From Alphaproteobacteria bacterium (lineage in GTDB: Bacteria; Pseudomonadota; Alphaproteobacteria; UBA8366; GCA-2717185), in assembly GCA_047517345.1 (NCBI GenBank), contig JAKZTB010000106.1, positions 14,473 to 78,472 of the forward strand: DNA of 64,000 nt, in the 5' to 3' direction. A model generated the notes under the pieces. That model did not search any database and was not told the origin of the DNA. It saw nothing but the letters and a program-made list of their open reading frames with translations. The translations under genes were made by a program, and so were the position numbers. Below are positions 24,862-33,535 of the stretch, one piece after another (position 1 is the first letter of the stretch; each line of letters begins with the position of its first letter).

Positions 24862-25631
24862 TACCGCAGACTCCCCCCGCCATCGACCGAGAAGACGACG
24901 CCGTTGACCCAGCTTGCCTTGTCGGAAGCGAGGAAGGCGACGACGTTGGCGCATTCCTCCGACGTGCCGACCCGGCCGCCGGGCCCCTCGACAGGCAGCT
25001 CCTGCCAGCGTTCCGGATCGCCCAACTCTTTCTCCGCCTGGACCTTGCGCATGGTGACAAGGCGTTCGGTTTCGATCGGGCCGGGATGGATGCCGACGAC
25101 GCGCACGCCGTGGTCAAAGCTTTCCCGGCCGAGCCCGCGCGTGAACCCCACCAGGCTCGAATTGCCCGCCGCCCCGGCGATGTAGTTGGGGCTCGGTCGG
25201 ACCGCGGCGTTGCCCAGCACGTTGACGATGACGCCGCTGCCGCGTTTGCACATGGCGGGATAGATAATGCGGCTGATATTGATGTAGCCGAATACTTTCA
25301 GGTCCCAGGCGGTGCGCCAGGTTTCCTCGTCGATCATCTCGATATCGCCCGCCGGGATGGCGCCGGCGTTGTTTACCAGGATGTCGACGTCCTTGCAGGT
25401 CTCCGCCAGCTTGCAGGCGGTGGCGCTGTCGGACAGGTCGCCGGCATGGACCGTGACCTGCGCGCCGTGCGCGGCGTTGATCTCGTCGCGCGCCTTCTCC
25501 AGATCCGCCGCCGTGCGCGACGCGATGTGCAGCGAGCAGCCCTCCGCCGCCAGGGCTTCGGCCACAGCGCGCCCGATACCCTTCGATGCGCCGGTCACCA
25601 GCGCGGTCTTGCCGTTGAGGCCGAGGTCCAT
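24861..25631 (-). CDS. SDR-family oxidoreductase (atypical active-site region)
   Basis: TALVTGASKGIG Rossmann motif, NNAG, PGPIETE. Where a classical SDR has S...YxxxK, this protein reads NVLGNAA...NYIAGAAGNSS. Confidence 0.8.
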   Translation of the reverse strand: MDLGLNGKTALVTGASKGIGRAVAEALAAEGCSLHIASRTAADLEKARDEINAAHGAQVTVHAGDLSDSATACKLAETCKDVDILVNNAGAIPAGDIEMIDEETWRTAWDLKVFGYINISRIIYPAMCKRGSGVIVNVLGNAAVRPSPNYIAGAAGNSSLVGFTRGLGRESFDHGVRVVGIHPGPIETERLVTMRKVQAEKELGDPERWQELPVEGPGGRVGTSEECANVVAFLASDKASWVNGVVFSVDGGGSLR

Positions 25632-25646
25632 GAGGATTCCTTTCGA

Positions 25647-26876
25647 TCAGTCGGCAGCGCCGCTCGGTTTGTTGGGATAGTCGGCCAGATCGAAGCCGAA
25701 CATGCGCTTGGCGTTGAGGCCGAGGATTTTGGCCCGCTGCGCGTCATTCATGCCCTGCATGGTCCGCTCGATGGCGGCGGCGGAATGCGGCCAGGTGCCT
25801 TCATGGTGGGGATAGTCGTTGGCCCACATGAAATTGTCCCAGAGATTGTATTGGTCAGCCAGTAGTAGTCCGGCCTCGTCTTCCTGGAAGCTGGCGGCGC
25901 CGTGCGCGCGGAAATAGTCGCTCGGCAGGCCCTGCAGTTTCGGGCGGACCCAGAAATGATGCTTCTTGTAGGCCTCGTCCATGGCGTCGAGGACCCACGG
26001 CACCCAGCCGATGCCGGCTTCGATCAGGGCGAACTTGATTTTCGGGAACCGTTCGAGAACACCGGAGGAGCAGAGGTTCGCCAGTGGCTCGATGGTCGGC
26101 GACAGCGAATGGGTGACGTAGTTGATGACCGCGCCGCCATTGCCCTTCGACGCGCGCGGGTCGCGGCCTGTCGAGACGTGGAAGGTGATCGGCAGGCCGG
26201 TCTCCTCAAGCAGCGCCCACATCGGATCGAATTCCGGCAGATTGTAGTTGGCGTGGTCGACATCGTGCCCACCCCAGATCGGTTTGCAGGGCAAAGTGAG
26301 GCCGCGGAAGCCGAGGGCGGCGACCCGTTCGATCTCTTTCATCGCGCCGTCGAAATCGCCGGTCGCGATGGCCGCCATCGGCGATATGGTATTGTTGTGC
26401 GGGCCGAAATCCTCCCACGCCCAGTCGTTCCACACACGGCATTGCGCCATGGCGAAGACAGGATCTGGCGTTGCCCACATGGCGAGGCCCTTGTTCGGGA
26501 ACATGACCTCGGCATCGATGCCGTCGTACCTGTTGTCTTTGAGCCGCCCTTCCACGGTGGCGCCCGCCTTGCTGCGTACGCCGTCTTCGCCGAGCATTTT
26601 GAAATCGAAGATACGGGACTTGCGGTAGCCTTCGGTGATGCGCCACTGTTTACCGTTCTCGTCGGTTTCCACCCGGGGGATGCGGTCGATATATTTCGTG
26701 TCGATCCGCTTCGCCCAGAGGTCGAAAGGCTCGTTGGCGTGCGTGTCGGCCGAAATCATCAGGTACTTGTTCGGATCGTCCCGCCGGGCCGTGCGGGTCC
26801 AGCCTTCCGGCCCCGGCGTTTCGGTCCGCCACAGATTCTCCTCGTTGATCTCGTAACTCGTTTGTTCTGACATCAT
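25647..26876 (-). CDS. Amidohydrolase-2 family protein
   Basis: 409 aa. Motifs: ISADTHANEP, ITFHVSTG, ALIEAGIGWVPW, ANDYPHHEGTWP. Confidence 0.85.
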   Translation of the reverse strand: MMSEQTSYEINEENLWRTETPGPEGWTRTARRDDPNKYLMISADTHANEPFDLWAKRIDTKYIDRIPRVETDENGKQWRITEGYRKSRIFDFKMLGEDGVRSKAGATVEGRLKDNRYDGIDAEVMFPNKGLAMWATPDPVFAMAQCRVWNDWAWEDFGPHNNTISPMAAIATGDFDGAMKEIERVAALGFRGLTLPCKPIWGGHDVDHANYNLPEFDPMWALLEETGLPITFHVSTGRDPRASKGNGGAVINYVTHSLSPTIEPLANLCSSGVLERFPKIKFALIEAGIGWVPWVLDAMDEAYKKHHFWVRPKLQGLPSDYFRAHGAASFQEDEAGLLLADQYNLWDNFMWANDYPHHEGTWPHSAAAIERTMQGMNDAQRAKILGLNAKRMFGFDLADYPNKPSGAAD

Positions 26877-26886
26877 GCTCTCCCGA

Positions 26887-27327
26887 TCAATCCGCGACCC
26901 GCCACTGCACGAGCGTATAGGGCTTGTCGCCGCCGTGCTGTTCGAAAATCGCCTTTACCTTTGCGCCGATTGTCACGTCTTGCGCAGGATCGCCCAACAG
27001 GTTGCCGATCATGCGGACATTCCCCGCATGCGGCAGCTCGACCAGGACGACGATATAGGGGCCGCGCCCTTGCAGTGCCGGATGCACCGGGTGCCATGCG
27101 CGCTCCCAGCTGTAGATGGTGCCTTCGCCTTCGACCGGGGTCCATTCCATGTTGAAGGAGTTGCATTCGTGGCAGATCCATTCGGGGCCCCACTGCCAAG
27201 TACCGCAATCGCCGCAACGCTGGATCTGCAGTTTGCCCTCTAACAGCCCGTCCCAATAGGGCTTGTCGAGTCCGTCATTCTGCGGCACGGGAATCGGCAT
27301 GCCTTCCGGCAGATAGGTCTCGCTCAT
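26887..27327 (-). CDS. Zn-ribbon / OB-fold protein (DUF35 family), partner of the thiolase-like protein
   Basis: 146 aa from the ATG at 27327 (ATGA overlap with the thiolase-like gene). LQIQRCGDCGTWQWGPEWICHECNS is a rubredoxin-like zinc ribbon, followed by GTIYSW...VVLVEL, an OB fold. Confidence 0.85.
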   Translation of the reverse strand: MSETYLPEGMPIPVPQNDGLDKPYWDGLLEGKLQIQRCGDCGTWQWGPEWICHECNSFNMEWTPVEGEGTIYSWERAWHPVHPALQGRGPYIVVLVELPHAGNVRMIGNLLGDPAQDVTIGAKVKAIFEQHGGDKPYTLVQWRVAD

Positions 27328-28505
27328 ATTGTGGCCTCCGATCCCATAATGACGGTGCTGACGTGGTGGACCATCGGTCCTGCGATGTTGAGAGCGACGT
27401 CGGCGCCCGGAATCTGGTTCGCGGACTCGCCGCGAATTTGCCGCACCGCCTCGATCTGCAGACCAAGACCGTGCATGTAGCACTCCGCCAGATTGCCGCC
27501 GCTGGTGTTGAGCGGCATCTTGCCGTCCGGTGCGGCGAGGTTTTCTAAGGTGAAGAACTCGTTGCATTCGTCTGGTTCGCAAAAGCCGTGTTCCACCACC
27601 GCCATCATCACACCGATGGTGAAGTTCTCATAGCTCTGCACCACGTCGACGTCTCCCGGCGTGACCTCTGCCATTTCGTAGAGGCGCGGCGCGAGGCTGG
27701 AAAAGCTGGAAGATGGGAAATTGCTGGCGTTCATGACCGGCGCGCCGCAGCGATGGTCGGAACCTTGCGCCGCCCCCAGAACGTAGGCAGGCTTCTTCTT
27801 CAAATCCTTCGCCTTCTCGGCCGAGACGATGATGATTGCCGCGGCGCCGTCATTCTCCTGACAGCAGTCGAAGAGCCGGCAGGGTTCCGCGATCCAGCGG
27901 GAGTCGTCGTATTTCTTCTCCGTCAGCGGCCGGTTGTACATGACGGCGCGGGGATTGTTCTGGGCGTGATGGTAGGACGCCATCGAGATGGCGCGCAGCA
28001 CGCTGTGCTCGACTTTGTGCTCGTGCATGAAACGCATCGCCCGCATCGCGTATTTCTGCAGCGGCGACATCACGCCGTAGGGCGACATATAGGCAGGATC
28101 GCCGCTGACCACGGAAACGGGTGGGGCCTTTCCGAAACGCTGGAATTGACCTTGCGCCAGACCGCGGAAGGCCACGACACAATCCGCGAAACCGACCGCG
28201 ACCGCCGCCGCGGCATTGCCGACGGCCGCCGCGACCCCGCCGCCGCCGCCGCCCCAATTCATATTGGAGTACCGCAAATCATTGATGCCGAGCGCTGCCG
28301 CCAGCCGCGTTGGCTCGTTGCGGTCGTTGCTGTAGGACGCGAATCCGTCGATTTCCTTCGGGTTGATGCCCGCATCTTCGCAGGCCTTGAGGATGGCCTG
28401 CAGGACCAGGACGAATTCCGGGTCGGGCGATTGCCCGTGTTTGTAATAGGTCGTTTCGCCGATCCCGACGACCGCCGTCTTGCCTCGTAACGTTCGATTG
28501 CTCAT
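27324..28505 (-). CDS. Thiolase-fold protein (SCP-x / lipid-transfer-protein type)
   Basis: 393 aa. Motifs: TAVVGIGETTYYKHG, DGAAAIIIVS, NTSGGNLAECYMHG. This architecture is typical of thiolase-like proteins that pair with DUF35. Confidence 0.85.
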   Translation of the reverse strand: MSNRTLRGKTAVVGIGETTYYKHGQSPDPEFVLVLQAILKACEDAGINPKEIDGFASYSNDRNEPTRLAAALGINDLRYSNMNWGGGGGGVAAAVGNAAAAVAVGFADCVVAFRGLAQGQFQRFGKAPPVSVVSGDPAYMSPYGVMSPLQKYAMRAMRFMHEHKVEHSVLRAISMASYHHAQNNPRAVMYNRPLTEKKYDDSRWIAEPCRLFDCCQENDGAAAIIIVSAEKAKDLKKKPAYVLGAAQGSDHRCGAPVMNASNFPSSSFSSLAPRLYEMAEVTPGDVDVVQSYENFTIGVMMAVVEHGFCEPDECNEFFTLENLAAPDGKMPLNTSGGNLAECYMHGLGLQIEAVRQIRGESANQIPGADVALNIAGPMVHHVSTVIMGSEATI

Positions 28506-28637
28506 TCGGATGCCTGCTCCCTTCGATGAGCCGCCAAACTAGCAACCCGACCTCCCTTGCGACAAGGCGTCGCTTTTCATAACCGGTTAGCGCGGTCTGG
28601 TGTCGGATAGGTGACCGAAGACGGCTGTACCGCCGGA

Positions 28638-30167
28638 TTATCGAATTCCGTTAATCGCCAGAAATATCAAGGCGGCGATTAACGCCGACGCGGGCACCGT
28701 GATCAGCCAGGCGGCAACGATGGTGGTCAGGTGGCGGCGCCGGACTAGTTTACGCTTCCGCGCTTTTGCCCAACGCCGGACCTCGCGATCGGATTCCAAT
28801 TTTCCATTGTCGGTGGATTTTGCATTGGCCGTCGCAGCAATGCCGAGGCGGCGATTGGTAATCGCTTCGCGCAAGAACCCGACGCCGAACACCGCGCCTA
28901 CGGCGATATGCGTGGAGCTTACCGGCAGGCCCAAGGTCGACGCGATGATCACCGTGATCGAGGCGGACAGCGCCACGCAGAAAGCGCGGACCCTGTTAAG
29001 TTTGGTGATTTTCTCGCCAACGATTTCAATAATTTTCGGACCAAAGAGCAGTAAACCGACGCAAATGCCGATTGCGCCGATCGCCAATATCCAGAGCGGC
29101 AGTGTTACTTTCGCCGCCACTTTCCCTTCGGTCGCGGCGCTTACGATCGCAGCCAAGGGGCCGACAGCGTTGGCAACGTCGTTCGAGCCATGCGCGAAGG
29201 ACAGCAGCGCCGCGGCGCAGATCAACGGAATAGTGAACAGGGTGCCGACTGAACGCCGGCGGTTTTCAAGCGTCCCCGCGATCCGGGAAATCGCAGTTCT
29301 GACAACCGCATAAGCCACCGCAAAGGCGCAAGCGCCAATCAGTACGAGGGTCGGTGCATCGGGCTTCCAGACGCGCTTGAGGCCTTTCATGACGAGGTAG
29401 ACGGAAAAGGCGGCCGCCATGATCCCGACCAGAACCGGTACCCAACGGCGGGCGGCGGCGATCTTGTCGTCCTGGTACAATATTGCGAATTTCACAAAGG
29501 CCAGGAACGCGGCGGCGACAAAACCGCCGAGGACCGGCGAAATGACCCAGCTGGCGGCAATCTTCAGCATGACGAGCCAGTCCACGGCTGCGAAACCCGC
29601 GGCGGCAATTCCCGCGCCGATGACGCCGCCGACAATAGAATGCGTTGTCGACACCGGCGCCCCGAAAAACGTCGCCATGTTGACCCATACCGCCGCTGAC
29701 AAAAGCGCCGAGAGCATTGCCCAAATAAAAATTGTTTTGTCTGCGAAAGACTCGGGGCTGACGATGCTTTTAGAAATTGTGCTGATGACCTCGCCGCCCG
29801 CGATCAAAGCGCCGGCGGCTTCGAAGACCGCCGCGATGCACAAAGCGCCTACCAATGTAAGCGCCTTCGAACCGACCGCCGGCCCGACATTGTTCGCCAC
29901 GTCGTTCGCACCGATATTCATCGCCATGTAGGCGCCGACCAATGCCGCGACGGTAACGATGGAATTGACCTCGGTGCCGCCGGTCTTGAAATAGGCGAAA
30001 ATCCAGACCGCGAGCAGGAACAGGAACCCGAAACCCATATTCAGGTTTTGTCGGCTGATCCGCGCCGACGCTTTTTCGAGTTGAACGATCCGCTTCAGAT
30101 CTTTGTCGACCGTCGTCTTTTTCGCGCCGTTTTTGACGTTTGAAGTCAGGCGGGAGAGAATCGACAT
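28638..30167 (-). CDS. Inorganic phosphate transporter, PiT family
   Basis: 509 aa and polytopic. It carries duplicated PiT signatures, GANDVANNVGP and GSNDVANAVGP. Confidence 0.9.
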   Translation of the reverse strand: MSILSRLTSNVKNGAKKTTVDKDLKRIVQLEKASARISRQNLNMGFGFLFLLAVWIFAYFKTGGTEVNSIVTVAALVGAYMAMNIGANDVANNVGPAVGSKALTLVGALCIAAVFEAAGALIAGGEVISTISKSIVSPESFADKTIFIWAMLSALLSAAVWVNMATFFGAPVSTTHSIVGGVIGAGIAAAGFAAVDWLVMLKIAASWVISPVLGGFVAAAFLAFVKFAILYQDDKIAAARRWVPVLVGIMAAAFSVYLVMKGLKRVWKPDAPTLVLIGACAFAVAYAVVRTAISRIAGTLENRRRSVGTLFTIPLICAAALLSFAHGSNDVANAVGPLAAIVSAATEGKVAAKVTLPLWILAIGAIGICVGLLLFGPKIIEIVGEKITKLNRVRAFCVALSASITVIIASTLGLPVSSTHIAVGAVFGVGFLREAITNRRLGIAATANAKSTDNGKLESDREVRRWAKARKRKLVRRRHLTTIVAAWLITVPASALIAALIFLAINGIR

Positions 30168-30397
30168 CGGTGTGGGTCCTTGGCGTCAGCGGAACTGTAA
30201 CAACAACGGCTTGGGTACAGCCGAAACTTCGGATAGTCCATAATCAGTAAGTGTCTTTTTCAACCCGCAAGCTAGATACTGAAAAATAGGAGAAAATCAA
30301 GCCGATATGCTCTTGACTAGAACATGGAACCAATCGGTCTCGCCGAAAAATACCGAATCTCCTCGATTTTCTAGCACCGGCCGCGGTTGAATAACCC

Positions 30398-30832
30398 ATG
30401 GTCAAAGAGGCGACAATTCAGCAAGCAGCGGTTTTGCCCTTTGCATACAAAAAGGGGATTTTGAAAATACTGCTAGTAACGTCGATTGGCGCGAAACGCT
30501 GGATCTTGCCGAAAGGACATATCGAACCCGGACTGACGGGCCGCGAATCAGCGGAATTCGAAGCGTTCGAAGAGGCGGGCGTCGTCGGAAATACGCAGCC
30601 GCGAAGTATCGGTACCTATACCTATCGGAAAAGGCCGGAGAAAGGTGGCGAGCTTTATCGCGTTCGTGTCTTCGCGATGGAAGTCACGCGTATTCTGGAC
30701 AAATACCCAGAGAGGGCACTTCGCAAACGCCGATGGATGTCCGTTCGCAAGGCGTCGAAAGCGGTTCAAGAACCAGACCTGAAAACCTTGATCGAGCGTT
30801 TCGAAAAGGAGCATTCCCAGACCGCTGCGTAA
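30398..30832 (+). CDS. NUDIX hydrolase (DIPP / Ap(n)A-hydrolase-like)
   Basis: 144 aa. The Nudix box is GHIEPGLTGRESAEFEAFEEAGV (Gx5Ex7REUxEExGU). Confidence 0.85.
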   Translation: MVKEATIQQAAVLPFAYKKGILKILLVTSIGAKRWILPKGHIEPGLTGRESAEFEAFEEAGVVGNTQPRSIGTYTYRKRPEKGGELYRVRVFAMEVTRILDKYPERALRKRRWMSVRKASKAVQEPDLKTLIERFEKEHSQTAA

Positions 30833-30849
30833 CCGCGGCACCGTCTCGC

Positions 30850-31611
30850 TTAGAACTGCACGCGAGTCGTGGCGGCGCCGTCGACGATCACGTTCGTACC
30901 GCTGATATAGCTCGCTGCCGGGCTGGCGAGAAATACCACGGCGTTCGCGACTTCCTCCGGCGTGCCCAGGCGGCCCATCGGATTTCGCGCCACCGCGGCT
31001 TCGTATGCCTCGGGGGCTTCGCGCTTGCGGACATCCCATACGCCGCCCTCGAAAAATATCGCACCAGGCGAGACCGTGTTCGCGCGAATGCCTTTCGCGC
31101 CCAAATTGGTGCTCAAGCCCGACAGGTAGTTGATCAGTGCCGCCTTTACGCCGCTATAGGCCCGCACCCCGCCGGAAGTGGTAACGGCGGCGGTGCTGGA
31201 TATGCCGACGATCGATCCCGCTTCCGAACGCTCCAGGAACGGCAATGCCGCTTCGACCGCGCGAACGGTGCCCAGAATGTCGACCTCCAATCCGGAACGC
31301 CAGGCTTCCGTGCCGGCGGAACCGGCCAAGGCGCTGGCATTGGCGACGAGGATATCGAGCCCGCCGAGCGACTCCGCCGTCTCGCCAATCCAGCCGCGCA
31401 ATCCTGCGTCATCGGATACGTCGACCGCGCCGCCGATCACGGTTGCGCCTCTACCAGACAGCGCTGCAACGGCATCGTCGGTTTGCGCCTTGTCGCGGGC
31501 ACAGAGTCCGACAGCGCAACCTTCCGCCGCCAGTAGGTCGACGATTTTGCGTCCGATCCCGCGGGTGCCGCCGGTGACGATCGCCCGTTTGCCCGCCAAC
31601 CCCAGATCCAT
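30850..31611 (-). CDS. SDR-family oxidoreductase (classical)
   Basis: 253 aa from the ATG at 31611 (GGGAGGA upstream). Motifs: AIVTGGTRGIG, YSGVKAAL (YxxxK), PGAIFFEG. Confidence 0.85.
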   Translation of the reverse strand: MDLGLAGKRAIVTGGTRGIGRKIVDLLAAEGCAVGLCARDKAQTDDAVAALSGRGATVIGGAVDVSDDAGLRGWIGETAESLGGLDILVANASALAGSAGTEAWRSGLEVDILGTVRAVEAALPFLERSEAGSIVGISSTAAVTTSGGVRAYSGVKAALINYLSGLSTNLGAKGIRANTVSPGAIFFEGGVWDVRKREAPEAYEAAVARNPMGRLGTPEEVANAVVFLASPAASYISGTNVIVDGAATTRVQF

Positions 31612-31648
31612 TCTATCCTCCCGTTTGATACGCTGTTTTGGATACACC

Positions 31649-32218
31649 TCAGCCGACGATCTGACCGCGCAACCGGCTGACGAGGGTTCCGATAATGTGG
31701 CTGATCAAGCGGTCCTCTTCGGCAAGCCACGACAGGCGTTTTTTGAACATTTCCTGCGGTACGACGTAGACCGCTGTGTCTTTCAAGGCGGTGGCCGTTG
31801 CGACGCGTGGCTCGTCGTCGACCAGAGCCATCTCGCCGAACACTTCGCCGCGACCGAGCGTCGCAATGACGACCGTTTCCTTGCCTTCGCCAACGGAAAT
31901 CTGGACTTCTCCGGAAACGATGACAAAGGCCTCGTCGCCTAGTTCGGACTCGCGGAATATGATGTCGCCGTCGTTGAAGGTCCGGCTATTTCGGTCCTGG
32001 GTGCTTTTCACAGGCGCAGGTTCCTTCGGAGAAGCGACATTTGCTTCGCGACCGACCCTTTTGGCGCTGTCATTCTTGTCCAGAAACCCATCGAGCTTCT
32101 TGGCGATAAGGGCGTTGATTTCCCGCCCCAATGCATCGTCGCCGACGCGAAGCCGCAAATCGTCCACCGTTTCGGCCAACGCCTCGCGCGAGCTGTTGGC
32201 GGGCAGCAGCTCCGACAA
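31649..32218 (-). CDS. Stand-alone cyclic-nucleotide-binding (CAP_ED) domain protein
   Basis: 189 aa. FNDGDIIFRESELGDEAFVIVSGEV...GEVFGEMALVDDEPRVATATA is a phosphate-binding cassette with the conserved Arg. The ~75-aa N-terminal region is unassigned, and no DNA-binding or TM domain is present. Confidence 0.8.
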   Translation of the reverse strand: MSELLPANSSREALAETVDDLRLRVGDDALGREINALIAKKLDGFLDKNDSAKRVGREANVASPKEPAPVKSTQDRNSRTFNDGDIIFRESELGDEAFVIVSGEVQISVGEGKETVVIATLGRGEVFGEMALVDDEPRVATATALKDTAVYVVPQEMFKKRLSWLAEEDRLISHIIGTLVSRLRGQIVG

Positions 32219-32242
32219 TGCGGTAATCGGTTCGACGATTTC

Positions 32243-33508
32243 CTATAGCCGTGTCAGGACCGAGGATTGGTATTTATGTCCAAATTCCGACCGGCTTAGG
32301 TCCAACAGGTAGCCCATCTTGGCCGTGGCCGTGGGCAGCATTCCGAGAATGAAGGCGATTCCCTCATCGGCGGACAAATCGCTATCAGTGTTTCCCATGA
32401 CGATCCGCGCGCGCCGGGTGACCGCTTCGCTGATCGCCGTGCCGCCGTTCAGCCCGGCATGCGCGATCAGATCCTTTACCAGATCGGGAAAGGCGGCTTT
32501 GTCCGTATCTTCGTCTTCGCGCGTTAACGGATTGGTTCCCGACGTCTCGCGCGCCACCCTCTCAAGCAGCACCTTGCGCGTTTCCCGCATCGGGAAATTT
32601 TTCAAGACCGCGTTGAGCCGCGCCAGTTGGGAGTCGCGGCTATGTCTGGCCTTGAAACGTCCGGCGCTCAGCTGCGCCATCATGCGCAAGGCGGTGACGA
32701 GGTCGGGCTGCGACCCGAGAATCTCCATGACGGCATTCGATCCGTCCATGATCTCGGCGCAGATTTCGTCCAGATATCCGCCCGCTTCTTCGTCAGGGCG
32801 CTTGTACAGCAGATCGAGGGCGAGGTTGAGTTTTGCCTGCCAATCCAAAGCTTGTCCGAAATAGGCGGCAAGTACCGCACAGATGTGAAAGGGGCGTGCG
32901 TCTTCTGAAAAAGACGTTCCGATCACCCGTAGCGTCGGCGTCAATCCATCGTCGCTTAATATCGAAACGAAGCGCTCCGTGCTCCGCAGGTCTCTCGTTT
33001 CGTCGAATAGTTGCGTTGCCAGCTTGTATAATATGTCGATGCGGGGCTGCGCCGCTTCGCCCAAGGCGCGGGATTGAACGGAGGCGACTTTGTGAATGGC
33101 CTGGTCGAACAGGCGTTCGGTATGGCGAAGGTCGCGCAAATGATTGTGGTTGTGCAGGACTTCGAGCGCCGTCAGATTGTACTTGTCCAGATATTTCCGC
33201 AGCACCCGGCCGGCGGATTTTCGGGCTTCGAAGGACGTAAGATCGACGAGTTCTTCGCAAACCGAGGCCTCGTCGATCGGCGAAATTGTGATCGGTTTGT
33301 CGGGTTGCGCGGCGCACTCTTGCTGGAATATCACCTCTTCGCGATAGTTGCCGGTCTCCCGCGTCACGCGGACGGAGTTGTGCTGATTGCTTTTTAACAA
33401 TATCTGGGCACGCGACATGGCGACGGTCTGCGCCACGTGAATCGAATCGATGATCCAGCGGTTGCCGGTACCGGTCTGGACTTCGTATTTTATCTCACGC
33501 TGCGGCAT
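32243..33508 (-). CDS. Hypothetical protein, 421 aa, no family recognised
   Basis: Uninterrupted ORF with coding-like third-position bias, though AT-richer than its neighbours. It has a small N-terminal region (MPQREIKYEVQTGTGNRWIIDSIHV...) followed by a long sequence that looks helical. It sits 24 nt upstream of the cNMP-binding gene on the same strand. Confidence 0.65.
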   Translation of the reverse strand: MPQREIKYEVQTGTGNRWIIDSIHVAQTVAMSRAQILLKSNQHNSVRVTRETGNYREEVIFQQECAAQPDKPITISPIDEASVCEELVDLTSFEARKSAGRVLRKYLDKYNLTALEVLHNHNHLRDLRHTERLFDQAIHKVASVQSRALGEAAQPRIDILYKLATQLFDETRDLRSTERFVSILSDDGLTPTLRVIGTSFSEDARPFHICAVLAAYFGQALDWQAKLNLALDLLYKRPDEEAGGYLDEICAEIMDGSNAVMEILGSQPDLVTALRMMAQLSAGRFKARHSRDSQLARLNAVLKNFPMRETRKVLLERVARETSGTNPLTREDEDTDKAAFPDLVKDLIAHAGLNGGTAISEAVTRRARIVMGNTDSDLSADEGIAFILGMLPTATAKMGYLLDLSRSEFGHKYQSSVLTRL

Positions 33509-33535
33509 CGATTTCCGTGCTCTGTAATTTTTGAT

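Noticed and set aside
30168-30397. Pho box or riboswitch in the PiT/NUDIX intergenic region
   Set aside because: No tandem TGTCA-type repeats or recognisable riboswitch core. Only a trivial 5-bp palindrome (CCGAA-GT-TTCGG).
31649-33508. Interpreting the cNMP-binding gene pair as a Pycsar/CBASS-type anti-phage system
   Set aside because: The adjacent protein shows no class III cyclase or CD-NTase motifs. The CAP_ED protein has no TM, TIR or nuclease effector domain, and there are no other defence-island hallmarks nearby.
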